Assembly: GCA_031385045.1 (NCBI GenBank)
Contig: JANNBC010000024.1
Span: forward strand, 1-64,000
DNA length: 64,000 nt
Origin: a bacterium
GTDB taxonomy: Bacteria; Bdellovibrionota_C; UBA2361; CALJRW01
Direction: 5' to 3'
Shown piece by piece: positions 29,508-39,736 of this stretch. Every line of letters begins with the position of its first letter. Position 1 is the first letter of the stretch. Made by a program: the position numbers and the translations under genes. The notes under the pieces are model-generated. The model worked only from the letters and a program-made list of their open reading frames with translations, was not told the DNA's origin and made no database searches.

Positions 29508-31079
29508 ATGAATTCTAGTATAAAAAATCGAGCCATAATCTTTTTTGCTGTTTTTTTATTAGCAGCCTTATTCTTAGTTCCAACTGTTGCCAGTATGTTT
29601 AGGAATATCTCTGGCGAAGGGCCTGCCGGGGAAGATAGTATTATTAATAAATGGTTTTCTAAACCAATCTCCCTAGGACTTGATCTTAGCGGCGGTGTTC
29701 ATTTGGTTTACCAAGTTGTAACCGAAGAAGCAGTAACTGCCAGATTACAAACAGCGGCAGCCTCGTTTCGTTCTGAATTAAGAACTGAAAAAATTGCGGT
29801 TACTAAAGCCCGTGTTGCACCAGGGAATTTGCTGGAGATTGATTTACTTAGTTCTCGTCACTTAGAGAAAGCTAAAGAGTTAATGATTACAAGTAATCGT
29901 GGTTACGAGCTTGTTTCTGATGAACAAGTAGGAACTGGTGCAAAGCTTGTCTATAAAATTAACGAAGCAGAGCAAGTTAAAATCAAAGACTCTGCTGTAA
30001 ATCAAGCGATTGAAACATTAAGGGCACGTGTTGACCAGTTCGGTGTGGCAGAGCCATTAATTCAAAAAGTTGGAACAGATCGGATTTTATTACAAATGCC
30101 TGGTATTCAAGATATTGAAGCAGTTAAAAAAGTTGTTGGTAAGATCGCTAAATTAGAGTTCCGATTATTACCAGCTTCAGGTGCCTCGGGAGATTCTGTC
30201 ACATTAAAAGATCGGGAAGGTGCTCCAATCCCAGTGGAAGATACTGTACAAATGACTGGAGAGTCAATTGATAATGCGACTGTTGGTTTTGATCAGAATG
30301 GTCGAATCGAAGTTATGCTAAGTTTAAATTCTGATGGAGCAAAAAGCTTTGCTAGCATTACGGGAACTAATGTTGGACGTAATTTAGCAATTATCTTAGA
30401 TGGTGTGGTTTATTCGTCACCAAATATCAATGAAAGGATCGCTGGGGGACGTTGCAGTATTACTGGTGGTTTTAAGTTAGAAGAGGCTAAGGATCTAGCA
30501 TTAGTTTTAAGAGCAGGTGCGCTACCAGCCCCACTTAAAGTTTTGGAAGAAAGAACTGTAGGTCCAAGCTTAGGCGCAGATTCAATTCGCAGTGGTATCT
30601 TTGCAATTTTAATTGGATTTTGTGCAATTCTAGGCTTCATGGTTGTTTACTATAAGAAGTCAGGATTTGTTGCCTCAGTTATTTTATTGATTAATTTATT
30701 TTTAATTTTAGGCGCGCTTTCTGCTTTTGGCGCCACATTAACTTTACCAGGTCTTGCTGGTTTGGCTTTAACTATTGGTATGGCAGTTGATGCTAATATC
30801 ATTAGTTTTGAGCGAATTAAAGATGAGATGCGGAATGGTTCGGATCGTGATGCCTCAGTAAGTGAAGGATTTGCCAAGGCACTAAGTGCAATTTTAGATT
30901 CTAACTTTACTACCTTGCTTGCCGGTGTAATTCTTTTCTATTTTGGAACAGGACCAATTCGTGGCTTTGCCGTAACGCTTTCAATCGGAGTTTTATCAAC
31001 TGTTTTTTGTGCTACCTTTGTGGCGCAATTAGCGTTTGATTACTTTTCGCTTAAAAATAACAAGGGACTCTCCATTTAA
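29508..31079 (+). CDS. secD: Protein translocase subunit SecD
   Basis: LGLDLSGG, RVDQFGVAEP, RAGALPAP, VGPSLG, GMAVDAN. Confidence 0.97.
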   Translation: MNSSIKNRAIIFFAVFLLAALFLVPTVASMFRNISGEGPAGEDSIINKWFSKPISLGLDLSGGVHLVYQVVTEEAVTARLQTAAASFRSELRTEKIAVTKARVAPGNLLEIDLLSSRHLEKAKELMITSNRGYELVSDEQVGTGAKLVYKINEAEQVKIKDSAVNQAIETLRARVDQFGVAEPLIQKVGTDRILLQMPGIQDIEAVKKVVGKIAKLEFRLLPASGASGDSVTLKDREGAPIPVEDTVQMTGESIDNATVGFDQNGRIEVMLSLNSDGAKSFASITGTNVGRNLAIILDGVVYSSPNINERIAGGRCSITGGFKLEEAKDLALVLRAGALPAPLKVLEERTVGPSLGADSIRSGIFAILIGFCAILGFMVVYYKKSGFVASVILLINLFLILGALSAFGATLTLPGLAGLALTIGMAVDANIISFERIKDEMRNGSDRDASVSEGFAKALSAILDSNFTTLLAGVILFYFGTGPIRGFAVTLSIGVLSTVFCATFVAQLAFDYFSLKNNKGLSI

Positions 31080-31097
31080 TTTAGATAATTTAAGACT

Positions 31098-31988
31098 ATG
31101 GAACTAATTGCAACAAATTTAAATTTCAATTTTCTTAGCAAGGCTAAATATGCTATCGCTTTTTCAATGATCTTGATTGTTTACTCAGTTTATCTTTGGG
31201 TACAAATGGGAGATTCGAAGTATGGGGTTGATTATACAGGAGGAAATGAATTTATTATTTCTGCGCCTAAAGCTGACACAGAAGCTATTCGACAGGGTCT
31301 AAAAAAAGCTGAAATTGATGGTGCTGTGGTACAAGAATTTGAAAAAGGCAGTGGGGAATTTTCAATTCGACTTTCTGGTGATTTTCAGGAGACTAAAGTA
31401 CTTCAGGATAAGATTCTTGCTAGCTTGCAGTCAGTTGAGGCTGATGCCAAGATTTTAAGTGCAAACTTTGTTGGGCCAACTGTCGGTGCAGAGTTGCGTC
31501 GTAGTGCATTGATTGCCATTGTTATTGGGTTGATTGGAATGTTAGCATACATTTCCTATCGCTTTGAGTTTGCTTTTGCTTTGGGTGCTGTTGTTGCTTT
31601 AACACATGACGTAATTATTTCCCTCGGTGTGTATCTATTTTTTGATTTGCCACTTAGTATGGCAACGCTTGCCGCTGCTATGTCGATCGTTGGTTACTCG
31701 GTCAATGATACTATTATTATTTTTGATCGTGTGCGTGAAGAAATGATAAAACGTAAAGACTTTGTCTTAGATGATGTTGTAAACTTTAGCGTTAATGCCA
31801 CATTGTCGCGAACTATTATTACTAGTTTATTAACTCTTTTTTCTGCGATTGCCCTCTTGGTTTTTGGTGGTGGAGCAATTAAAGAGCTAGCATTATTTCT
31901 AGTTGCTGGGATTATTGTAGGATCTTATTCTACAATTTTTATTGCCTCACCTGTAGCTCTTGCTTGGGAAAAATGGCGAGGGAAATAA
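31098..31988 (+). CDS. secF: Protein translocase subunit SecF
   Basis: GVDYTGG, VGPTVG, GYSVNDTIIIFDRVRE, TLSRTIITS. Confidence 0.97.
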   Translation: MELIATNLNFNFLSKAKYAIAFSMILIVYSVYLWVQMGDSKYGVDYTGGNEFIISAPKADTEAIRQGLKKAEIDGAVVQEFEKGSGEFSIRLSGDFQETKVLQDKILASLQSVEADAKILSANFVGPTVGAELRRSALIAIVIGLIGMLAYISYRFEFAFALGAVVALTHDVIISLGVYLFFDLPLSMATLAAAMSIVGYSVNDTIIIFDRVREEMIKRKDFVLDDVVNFSVNATLSRTIITSLLTLFSAIALLVFGGGAIKELALFLVAGIIVGSYSTIFIASPVALAWEKWRGK

Positions 31989-32056
31989 TACTTGATAAAT
32001 CTCTTTGCGAGCGATAAAGCGCAGCAATTCTTTTTAAAGTAATTCGAGAAGCGTGG

Positions 32057-33697
32057 ATGAAACTAAAGGTTACTATTGCTCAAATAACTAGTGACCCAGC
32101 CTGTTTCGAAGAAAACTTTCATAAAATTTCCAATGCCTTAAACATTGCTAGGAATGATGGAGCGCAACTAGTCGTTTTTCCAGAACTAGCACTTTGTGGT
32201 TATGCCCATTTAGATTTAGCTAAGCGTGATAGTTTTTTAAAAGCAAATCAAGAGTACCTCAAAAGATTATTACCTTTAACTAAAGGCTTAGCTGTAATTA
32301 TTGGTTTTGTAGAGGCAGATTTTAAAAATCTACAAGCCGAAGGCAAGCCTATTCTTTATAATTCTGCGGCAGTGATTGAAAATGGATCTTTGCAATCCAT
32401 TGTGCGCAAACAGCTATTACCAACTTACGATATCTTTTTTGAGGAACGTTATTTTCGTGCCGGTGGAACATCTAGTGTCACCCAGATAGCAGGTGTAAAA
32501 GTTGGAATTGGTATTTGTGAGGATCTTTGGGATGAGGGATACAATCGTCAAATTTATGAAAAATTAATCCTGGAAGGTGCGGAGTTGCTAGTAAATATTT
32601 CTGCCTCTCCCTTTCAGCCTGCTAAGCTCAGTAAGCGATTAAGTCTAGTAAATCAACTGGGAACAATACCTTTTGTTTATACTAACTTAGTAGGTTCTTT
32701 TGATGGCTATGACGGAGAAGTTGTTTTTGATGGGCAAAGTTTTGTAAGCGGGGCAGATGGAAAGTTATTTTATTTAGCGCCTGCTTGTCAGGAAAAGATT
32801 GGGACTGTGGATTTGTCTTTGTCTGAAAGTGTTTTTTTTCAGTTAGAAAATCCTTTAAAAGAAATTCATCAAGCATTAATTTTAGGGATTAAGGAATATT
32901 TTCGTCGCTCAGGATTAAAGCATGCCTATATTGGATTAAGTGGTGGAATTGATTCCGCACTGACTGCTGCGTTAGCAGTTCAAGCACTTGGAGCAGGTAA
33001 TGTTAAAGGGGTAACAATGCCATCTGAGATAACATCTTTGGAAACAAAGTCTGATGCCCACTTGGTAGCCAATAATCTTGGAATTCAAATTGAGGAGCGT
33101 CCGATTAAAGCTCTTTACCAAGCTTGGTTAGATGAATTTAGATTGACTCAAGGCTTTGAACCAGAGCGTTTAACTAAGCAAAACGTTCAAGCTAGATTCC
33201 GTGGAATGATTTTGATGGAATATACTAATCAAGATCGAGCGGGATTAGTTTTAAGCACTGGAAATAAAACAGAATTAGCACTGGGATATTGCACAATGTA
33301 TGGCGATATGTGTGGTGGTTTGGCAGTTATAGCAGATTTGAGCAAGCTAAAGGTTTATCAGTTAGCTGATTATATTAATCAGACGAGTGGCCAAGAGTTA
33401 ATTCCTCAAACAACAATTGATCGAGCGCCAACTGCTGAATTAGAATTAGACCAAAAAGATTCTGATAATTTACCGGCTGATTATAATATTTTATCACCGC
33501 TAGTCGATGATTTAGTTGATCATGAACTATCACTTGAGGAGTTAGAGTTAAAGTATAATCCACAAACTATTCGGGAGACTGCTAGGCTTTTAAAAATTAA
33601 TGAATTTAAACGTCGCCAAGCAGCACCTGGAATTCGTGTCACAGGTAAAGCCTTTGGTGTTGGAAGACGAATTCCAATTAGTCATGGGTCTTATTAA
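32057..33697 (+). CDS. nadE: Glutamine-dependent NAD+ synthetase
   Basis: Nitrilase domain (FPEL, K, ICEDLW) plus GLSGGIDS, NVQARFRG, TGNKTE. Confidence 0.96.
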   Translation: MKLKVTIAQITSDPACFEENFHKISNALNIARNDGAQLVVFPELALCGYAHLDLAKRDSFLKANQEYLKRLLPLTKGLAVIIGFVEADFKNLQAEGKPILYNSAAVIENGSLQSIVRKQLLPTYDIFFEERYFRAGGTSSVTQIAGVKVGIGICEDLWDEGYNRQIYEKLILEGAELLVNISASPFQPAKLSKRLSLVNQLGTIPFVYTNLVGSFDGYDGEVVFDGQSFVSGADGKLFYLAPACQEKIGTVDLSLSESVFFQLENPLKEIHQALILGIKEYFRRSGLKHAYIGLSGGIDSALTAALAVQALGAGNVKGVTMPSEITSLETKSDAHLVANNLGIQIEERPIKALYQAWLDEFRLTQGFEPERLTKQNVQARFRGMILMEYTNQDRAGLVLSTGNKTELALGYCTMYGDMCGGLAVIADLSKLKVYQLADYINQTSGQELIPQTTIDRAPTAELELDQKDSDNLPADYNILSPLVDDLVDHELSLEELELKYNPQTIRETARLLKINEFKRRQAAPGIRVTGKAFGVGRRIPISHGSY

Positions 33698-33772
33698 TTC
33701 TACCCTTTTGGGACACAACAGACAGAGACTATTATCGGCAATAATGCTGGGTGTTCCAAAAGGGTAGAATTA
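33695..33772. repeat. 22-bp inverted repeat spanning the convergent nadE/fadJ gap (bidirectional terminator or MITE-like)
   Basis: TAATTCTACCCTTTTGGGACAC (33695-33716) / GTGTTCCAAAAGGGTAGAATTA (33751-33772), one G-T mismatch. Confidence 0.75.
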
Positions 33773-35884
33773 TTCGTAGAACCCAATCCCCTTTTCAGCT
33801 CTTGTCAGAATTCCAGTTACTGGACGAAAACGAGCATCTATTTGTCGCTCCAAGGTTTGCATCATGTGTACTAGTTTTGCTGGTCCTACGTTGTTGGCAT
33901 AATATATTACGCCACCTCGGAACGCAGGAAATCCAGTTCCCATGACTGTTCCTAAATCAATTTGTCTGGCAGCGTCACGACCAGGAATTCCGGCGACACC
34001 TTCATCTAAGCAAAGCACTGCTTCATTGATTAAGCTAAGTATTAAGCGATCTTGGATCTGTTGCAGATCAGCAGATTTTTTATTTTTAATCTCTAAAATT
34101 TCATAAACTTTAGGATCAATCGTCGGCTTTTTATTTTGATAATTATAAAAACCAAAGGAGTTTTTCTTCCCTAAGCGATTGATTAATAGCATTTTCTCAA
34201 TATGATTTGGAGCAATCATTCTTTTGCCATAACCATTAATCATTGTCTTGCAGACATGACTAGCAACATCAAGCCCAATTTGATCTAATAATCTAATTGG
34301 CCCCATTGGTAATCCAAAATTTAGTGCCGCTTGATCGATGTCTTCAATGGCATAACCTTCTTGAAGTAAGAAGGCTGCTTCGTTGAGATAAGTTGTGAGA
34401 ATTCGATTAACAAGAAATCCCGGTACATCGGCTACGACAATTGGAAATTTACCAATTTTGGTAGCAAGTGCGGCAACTAAACAAATTGTTTGGTCACTAG
34501 TATGCTCCCCGCGGATAATTTCTACTAAAGGTAATTGTGGAACTGGATTGAAAAAATGCATTCCTACGACGCGCTCTGGGTTAGTTATCTTATGCGCAAT
34601 TTTTGAAATTGAGAGGGAAGATGTGTTTGAAGCAATGATTGCTTCGGGATCGATTAATTCAGAAACATCTTCTAATATTTTTGATTTTAGTTCCAAATTT
34701 TCAAAAATTGCTTCAACTACAAAGTTTACTGAAGCAATATCATTGGTATACTCAGTGACAGCTTTAACTTTTTGGATGATTTTTATTTGGTCCTGTTCTG
34801 TCAAAGATTGACGATAGCTTAGGTTTTTCTTAATTGTCTCTAGGCCAGCAGCAACAGCTTCAGGCTTAGTATCTTTAAGAATTACTGGATAGTCATTTCG
34901 AGCTAATTCCCCAGCAATTCCAGCACCCATGATTCCTGATCCAATCACTAAAGTATTTAGGTTTTTGATATGCTCTTTTGCAGATTTGCCAATTCCTTTG
35001 GCATTCTCTGATAGAAAAAATAAGTTTGTTAGAGCTTTACATTCCGGAGTTACAATTAATTCTCCTAGACTACGAGCCTCAAAGATTAAGCCTTTTACTT
35101 GACCTTCAGCTAAACCGTAGAGAACGCATTCAAGAGCTTTTAAGGGAGCAGGGTAGTGACCATTTGTCTTTTTAAGTAAATCCTTACGAGCGATGTTAGC
35201 TACTATATTTCTCAGAAATGATATCTTGGTAATTAACTGATCCTTCAAGCTCATTCTAGCTGGAGTTGGCTCATTATTATTAAGCAGGCTTTCCGCTTTA
35301 GAAATAAGATCTTTATATGGTACCACAGCATCAACTAGACCAACTTTCTTAGCCTTCCAAGCACGGAGTACATTTCCTGATAGGATTATCTTTAAAGACT
35401 CAGTGAGACCAATTAGTCGGGGTAATCTTTGCGTCCCTCCAAATCCTGGTAAAATACCAATCTTTACCTCTGGTAAACCAATGGAGCTTTTATCATTGTC
35501 TGATATTATACGATAAGAGCAAGAAATTGCTAATTCACAGGCACCTCCAACGCAAGGGCCACTGATGGCTGCAACAGTTTTGATTGGCAGGTTTTCAATT
35601 AAATTAAATACATCCTGTCCTTTTTTTGCTAAAGCTTCTCCTTCGTCCGCATCGGCGATTGCTTGAATCACATTGATATCTGCACCAGCAGAAAACATAC
35701 TTTCAGAATTGCCAGCAATGATTAAACCCTTTGGTAAATCTTTAGCGATTGTAATTAATGTTTTTTCTAATTCTTCTAATCTAGCTCGACTAAGAATAAT
35801 TACTTTTTCATCTGGGGTTCCAAGTCGAATCAGACCTATTCCCGACGCTAGTTTTTCATAAGAAATAAAATTGGAAATTGTCAT
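33770..35884 (-). CDS. fadJ: Fatty-acid oxidation complex alpha subunit (enoyl-CoA hydratase/3-hydroxyacyl-CoA dehydrogenase)
   Basis: FSAGADI, GGACEL, GLPEVKIGILPGFGGTQRLPR, GSGIMGAGIA, GMHFFNP, PGFLVNRIL; probable start at Met 35884. Confidence 0.9.
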   Translation of the reverse strand: MTISNFISYEKLASGIGLIRLGTPDEKVIILSRARLEELEKTLITIAKDLPKGLIIAGNSESMFSAGADINVIQAIADADEGEALAKKGQDVFNLIENLPIKTVAAISGPCVGGACELAISCSYRIISDNDKSSIGLPEVKIGILPGFGGTQRLPRLIGLTESLKIILSGNVLRAWKAKKVGLVDAVVPYKDLISKAESLLNNNEPTPARMSLKDQLITKISFLRNIVANIARKDLLKKTNGHYPAPLKALECVLYGLAEGQVKGLIFEARSLGELIVTPECKALTNLFFLSENAKGIGKSAKEHIKNLNTLVIGSGIMGAGIAGELARNDYPVILKDTKPEAVAAGLETIKKNLSYRQSLTEQDQIKIIQKVKAVTEYTNDIASVNFVVEAIFENLELKSKILEDVSELIDPEAIIASNTSSLSISKIAHKITNPERVVGMHFFNPVPQLPLVEIIRGEHTSDQTICLVAALATKIGKFPIVVADVPGFLVNRILTTYLNEAAFLLQEGYAIEDIDQAALNFGLPMGPIRLLDQIGLDVASHVCKTMINGYGKRMIAPNHIEKMLLINRLGKKNSFGFYNYQNKKPTIDPKVYEILEIKNKKSADLQQIQDRLILSLINEAVLCLDEGVAGIPGRDAARQIDLGTVMGTGFPAFRGGVIYYANNVGPAKLVHMMQTLERQIDARFRPVTGILTRAEKGIGFYE

Positions 35885-36217
35885 ATGATTTGAAGCAATT
35901 ACTATAATGAAAATACTTGGCCAGCTAGAAATATTTTTTAGAGATTCCTTGGCTGATAAGCAATAATTCAACAATAGCGTATAAAGTTTGGATTAATAAG
36001 ATGAAAAATCACATTTTATTGTAAATTATTGCTTATTGGCCTGCAAATCTGATGATAATTAGTAGCTATTTTCTTCAATTAATTAAGTAAAACCTTAGTT
36101 AGAAAATTCTTTATTAAAGGAAGAAACAACAGGCCAAGTTTGCTATTATATACCCTTGATTTTAATAGACTTTTTAATTAATCAGGGGATTATTTGCTAC
36201 TGATGATTGCAGGAGTA

Positions 36218-37228
36218 TTAATTGGATTTCTTAATTGTAATATAAAACAACGAGTGATCGCTTGCTATAAGATCCCTAGCTAACATTTTTGCTGAGATTT
36301 TATAATTATTTTTTTGCAGTGTTTCTAGGCTTTTCTTGGCAATCAAGATCTCGTCGATTCTAGTAAAGTTTTTAATTATTTTTTCGTTTGGGTAAAGAGT
36401 CTTGCCTGCCTGCTCTAGCAAACTAATATATTTTGGTTTAGTTGGAAGTTTAGTGTTGCAATCGGCAGTTAGATCCTTGGAGAGTTGGCAGATCTGCTGT
36501 TTAAAATGACTTAAGTCTATTTCTCCAGCCAAAGTTCTAGCACTAGCTGATTCATAAGTACTATTTCGATCTCCAAGTAAGAACATTAAATTTTCAGGAA
36601 GCTCTTTTTGAATATTATTTGCAATATCATGGAGTCCTTGTGCCATTTGTAATCGGTCATATTCAAATTGAAATTTAGTACTGTCAAAACTATGAAACGC
36701 AGCCTTTGATTTAAAATGAAAATTAATCAAAGTTAACTTCTGTCCAGTTTTAATCTCCCTTAAGTCAATTCTTAATGGGCCACGCGAAAAGTAGCGATTT
36801 TTTTCCCAACGAGTGAGTGGTTTTAATAAGTAATCACTATAGGATTCTGCGTATTCTAATCGAAAAAGATCCTGACGCAAAATGTATCCTTGCTTCGAGA
36901 AAGGATCGTTTGATTGTCCGCTGACAACTAAATATTTCTTATGCGTTAGTTTACTAAGTTCAGATGCTAGACTTTCCAGAACCTTGATTGCATCTTCCGG
37001 AGTGCTTGAAATAACTTCTTGAGTAGCAATTAGATCGCACTTAGCTTGATAAAAACTTTTAGTGAGTGCCGCTTTTTGTTTTAATAATTCCTTTTTAGAT
37101 TTATTAGTACGTTTAATAACGACTTCATGATCTCCAAAATTTCCCAGATTTTGTGTACAAATTCTAATTTCAGCAATTGCTGGGAAGGCAAAAAGTATAA
37201 TGAATAAGTAGTAGATGGCTTGATGCAT
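36218..37228 (-). CDS. Exported endonuclease/exonuclease/phosphatase (EEP) family protein
   Basis: Signal peptide (..FPAIA|E), TQNL, ATQEV, HFKSK, LGDRNS, RIDEIL, SDH; ATG overlaps the upstream TGA (TGATG). Confidence 0.85.
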   Translation of the reverse strand: MHQAIYYLFIILFAFPAIAEIRICTQNLGNFGDHEVVIKRTNKSKKELLKQKAALTKSFYQAKCDLIATQEVISSTPEDAIKVLESLASELSKLTHKKYLVVSGQSNDPFSKQGYILRQDLFRLEYAESYSDYLLKPLTRWEKNRYFSRGPLRIDLREIKTGQKLTLINFHFKSKAAFHSFDSTKFQFEYDRLQMAQGLHDIANNIQKELPENLMFLLGDRNSTYESASARTLAGEIDLSHFKQQICQLSKDLTADCNTKLPTKPKYISLLEQAGKTLYPNEKIIKNFTRIDEILIAKKSLETLQKNNYKISAKMLARDLIASDHSLFYITIKKSN

Positions 37229-37842
37229 CAAGCAGCCTTAAACTTTGTGCGTGTAACTATTCGTTCTAAAGATCTGAGGTAGATATCAACGGGAGTCTCG
37301 CTAGCCAATGCTGATTTAACTCTACTAATTGCTAGTGAGCCAATAAGGATAGCATCTACAATGTCTTGATGCTTTTTTAAATTTTCCGTTGAGCAACTAA
37401 ATCCAATTCGATCTAAGTTTTTCTTTTGAGTTCTTTCCACAATGCCCACTGCCAACTCTTTAACGATTGCTCTCTCTAGTTGTCGGCCACGAAGTCCTAA
37501 GATCTCATATTGAATTGTTCTTGGATTAATTCTTCCTGGGACTTGAATGTTCTGTTCTCTTGCTAGGGCTTCAAAGATGCAACGAACTTGCTCCACTTTA
37601 AATGCCGCAGAAGGATCTTTCATTGAGGTCGGCGATTCACAGATTAGGATGTCATCTTTCGTTAGTTTGATTTCAGACAAGAAACTTTTAATTTGACTCT
37701 GTAGGTTATCTAGCCGATTGGCTAAAGTGTATGTAGGGGGAAGAGGTTTAATCTTTCCCACCCCTAGTAAGCGTTCTGACTGGACATCAAATAATGCCCA
37801 GCCAGTACATGTAATGCTTGGATCGATTGCAACTAAACGCAA
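37228..37842 (-). CDS. ruvC: RuvC-family Holliday junction resolvase-like nuclease (divergent)
   Basis: AIDPSITCTGWA, ICESP and DIVDAILIG retain the RuvC acidic tetrad. Confidence 0.75.
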   Translation of the reverse strand: MRLVAIDPSITCTGWALFDVQSERLLGVGKIKPLPPTYTLANRLDNLQSQIKSFLSEIKLTKDDILICESPTSMKDPSAAFKVEQVRCIFEALAREQNIQVPGRINPRTIQYEILGLRGRQLERAIVKELAVGIVERTQKKNLDRIGFSCSTENLKKHQDIVDAILIGSLAISRVKSALASETPVDIYLRSLERIVTRTKFKAA

Positions 37843-37853
37843 ATTATTTTCCT

Positions 37854-38945
37854 CTAAGCAACTTTTTTAGAAGTTTTCTTATTTTTTACGCCTGTTTCAT
37901 CTTCCTTGTCAGACATTTCAGAATTTTCAATCAAGTTGAATTCCACTTTTTTTTCAATTGTGACATCCAAGCTATCCATGATTAACTTTTTCATCTCTTG
38001 AGTTAATTCTGGATTTTGAGTTAAATAATCCTTCGCTCCTTCGCGACCTTGTCCTAGGCGTTCTCCTTTGTACGAGTACCAAGCCCCTGACTTATCAATC
38101 ACTCCTTGCGTTACTCCTAAATCAAGAATTTCTCCAACTTGATTAATACCTTCATTGAAAATGATATCAAATTCAGCTTCTCTAAAAGGTGGAGCAACTT
38201 TATTTTTAACAACCTTCACACGAGTCCGGCTTCCGCTTACTACATCATTTTCTTTAATTGATGCTGTACGACGAATGTCCATCCGAATACTACTGTAAAA
38301 CTTTAAAGCATTACCACCAGCAGTTGTTTCTGGAGAACCAAACATCACCCCAATTTTCATTCTAATTTGGTTAATAAATAGAATTGAACAATTAGCTCGG
38401 TGAGTATGGGCAGTTAATTTTCGTAAAGCCTTACTCATTAAGCGTGCTTGCATCCCCGGTTGCATGTCCGTCATCTCACCATCAATTTCAGCTCGTGGAG
38501 TTAATGCAGCAACAGAATCAATGATTACAAATTGAACTGCCCCAGACAAAATTAATGCTTCGCAAATTTCTAATGCCTGCTCTCCGCAATCTGGCTGACT
38601 GACTAGTAGTTTAGAAGTATCTACACCAAGTTTTTTTGCATAACCCACATCCAGTGCATGTTCAGCATCAATAAAAACTACCGTACCACCTGTCTTTTGT
38701 ACCTCTGCGGCAATGTGTAGTGCTAGTGTAGTTTTACCAGAAGATTCAGGGCCATAAATTTCGCAAATTCTTCCTTTAGGAATACCGCCGATGCCTAAGG
38801 CGATGTCTAATCCTAAGCTACCCGTGGAATAGGATTCGATTTTCTCATGAGGCTTGTCACCTAAGTTCATAATTGTGCCTTTGCCATATCTTTTTTCAAG
38901 TTGGCTAATGGCCGTTTCTAATTCTCTTGTTTTGTTCTCTGTCAT
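37854..38945 (-). CDS. recA: Recombinase A
   Basis: [31 protein letters not shown]. Confidence 0.99.
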   Translation of the reverse strand: MTENKTRELETAISQLEKRYGKGTIMNLGDKPHEKIESYSTGSLGLDIALGIGGIPKGRICEIYGPESSGKTTLALHIAAEVQKTGGTVVFIDAEHALDVGYAKKLGVDTSKLLVSQPDCGEQALEICEALILSGAVQFVIIDSVAALTPRAEIDGEMTDMQPGMQARLMSKALRKLTAHTHRANCSILFINQIRMKIGVMFGSPETTAGGNALKFYSSIRMDIRRTASIKENDVVSGSRTRVKVVKNKVAPPFREAEFDIIFNEGINQVGEILDLGVTQGVIDKSGAWYSYKGERLGQGREGAKDYLTQNPELTQEMKKLIMDSLDVTIEKKVEFNLIENSEMSDKEDETGVKNKKTSKKVA

Positions 38946-38977
38946 GTTTATTTCCTTTTACAAAAAATTTTTAGTTA

Positions 38978-39604
38978 TTAATGAAGTTCTCTCATTATTC
39001 CAATTACTCGTCCTTGGACAGTTACACTATCTAAAGTGATCGGTTGTAGTGCGGGGTTAGCCGGGATTAACATTACTTGCCCGCTCTTTAATCGGCGATA
39101 TTTTTTTAAAGTTGCTGTCCCATCATCTAAAAGTGCTACTACAATCTGCCCGTTCTCTGCCGTGTCTTGTTTACGAATAACAACAATATCACCATCGCAA
39201 ATATGTTCATCGATCATTGATTCTCCGCTGACTTCTAGGCAATAGATTTCTCCTTTGCCATTAATCATACTTGGTGGAATATCAATCATTGTTTGTTGTT
39301 CTATGGCTTCGATTGGTCGACCAGCCGCAATGACTCCTGCTAGTGGAACCGCTGTTGGGCTCATCTCTGGGGAATCACAATCCATTAATTCCATTGCTCC
39401 GTCTTCACCTCTTTGAATGAAGCCTTTGCTTTCTAGTCTTTCTAAGTGAAAGTGGGCAGTGGATGGTGATTTAACACCAATCGAGTTGCAGATATCTTTT
39501 AAGGTTGGAGCAAAGCCATGCTCTGCCATGAAATTTCTTAAGAATTCCAATGTTTTGCGCTGAACTGGTGCTAGGCTACTCGTTTTGTGGGAGTTTGAGC
39601 TCAT
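38978..39604 (-). CDS. lexA: SOS repressor LexA
   Basis: Winged HTH, IAAG|RP cleavage site, VSGESM (Ser), ATLKK (Lys). Confidence 0.96.
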   Translation of the reverse strand: MSSNSHKTSSLAPVQRKTLEFLRNFMAEHGFAPTLKDICNSIGVKSPSTAHFHLERLESKGFIQRGEDGAMELMDCDSPEMSPTAVPLAGVIAAGRPIEAIEQQTMIDIPPSMINGKGEIYCLEVSGESMIDEHICDGDIVVIRKQDTAENGQIVVALLDDGTATLKKYRRLKSGQVMLIPANPALQPITLDSVTVQGRVIGIMRELH

Positions 39605-39629
39605 ATTTTTGAATATCTTAAAAATCTAT

Positions 39630-39681
39630 TAGGATTTTCTTATATCCAAAAATACTAGAAACCGTCAATAGGATATTTCTA
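39630..39681 (-). promoter_or_regulatory. lexA promoter with two candidate operator boxes
   Basis: TAGGATTTTCTTA (39630-39642) and TAGGATATTTCTA (39669-39681) flank a minus-strand TTGACG -35 (39663-39668). Confidence 0.55.
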
Positions 39682-39736
39682 TAATCTGATATATTTTTTA
39701 TAAAAAATATTTTTATAGATTTTATTGTCTGTAATT

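Noticed and set aside
35885..35974. N-terminal extensions given by the ORF track for fadJ (also alr 56349, selO 51135, lipoprotein 5265)
   Set aside because: The extensions are low-complexity or intergenic-like; downstream starts fit the family N-termini or signal peptides better
37228..37842. RuvC-like protein as TnpB/Cas12 or a CRISPR effector
   Set aside because: Only 204 aa, with the RuvC-I motif at the extreme N-terminus, no Zn finger or HTH, and no array or transposon ends
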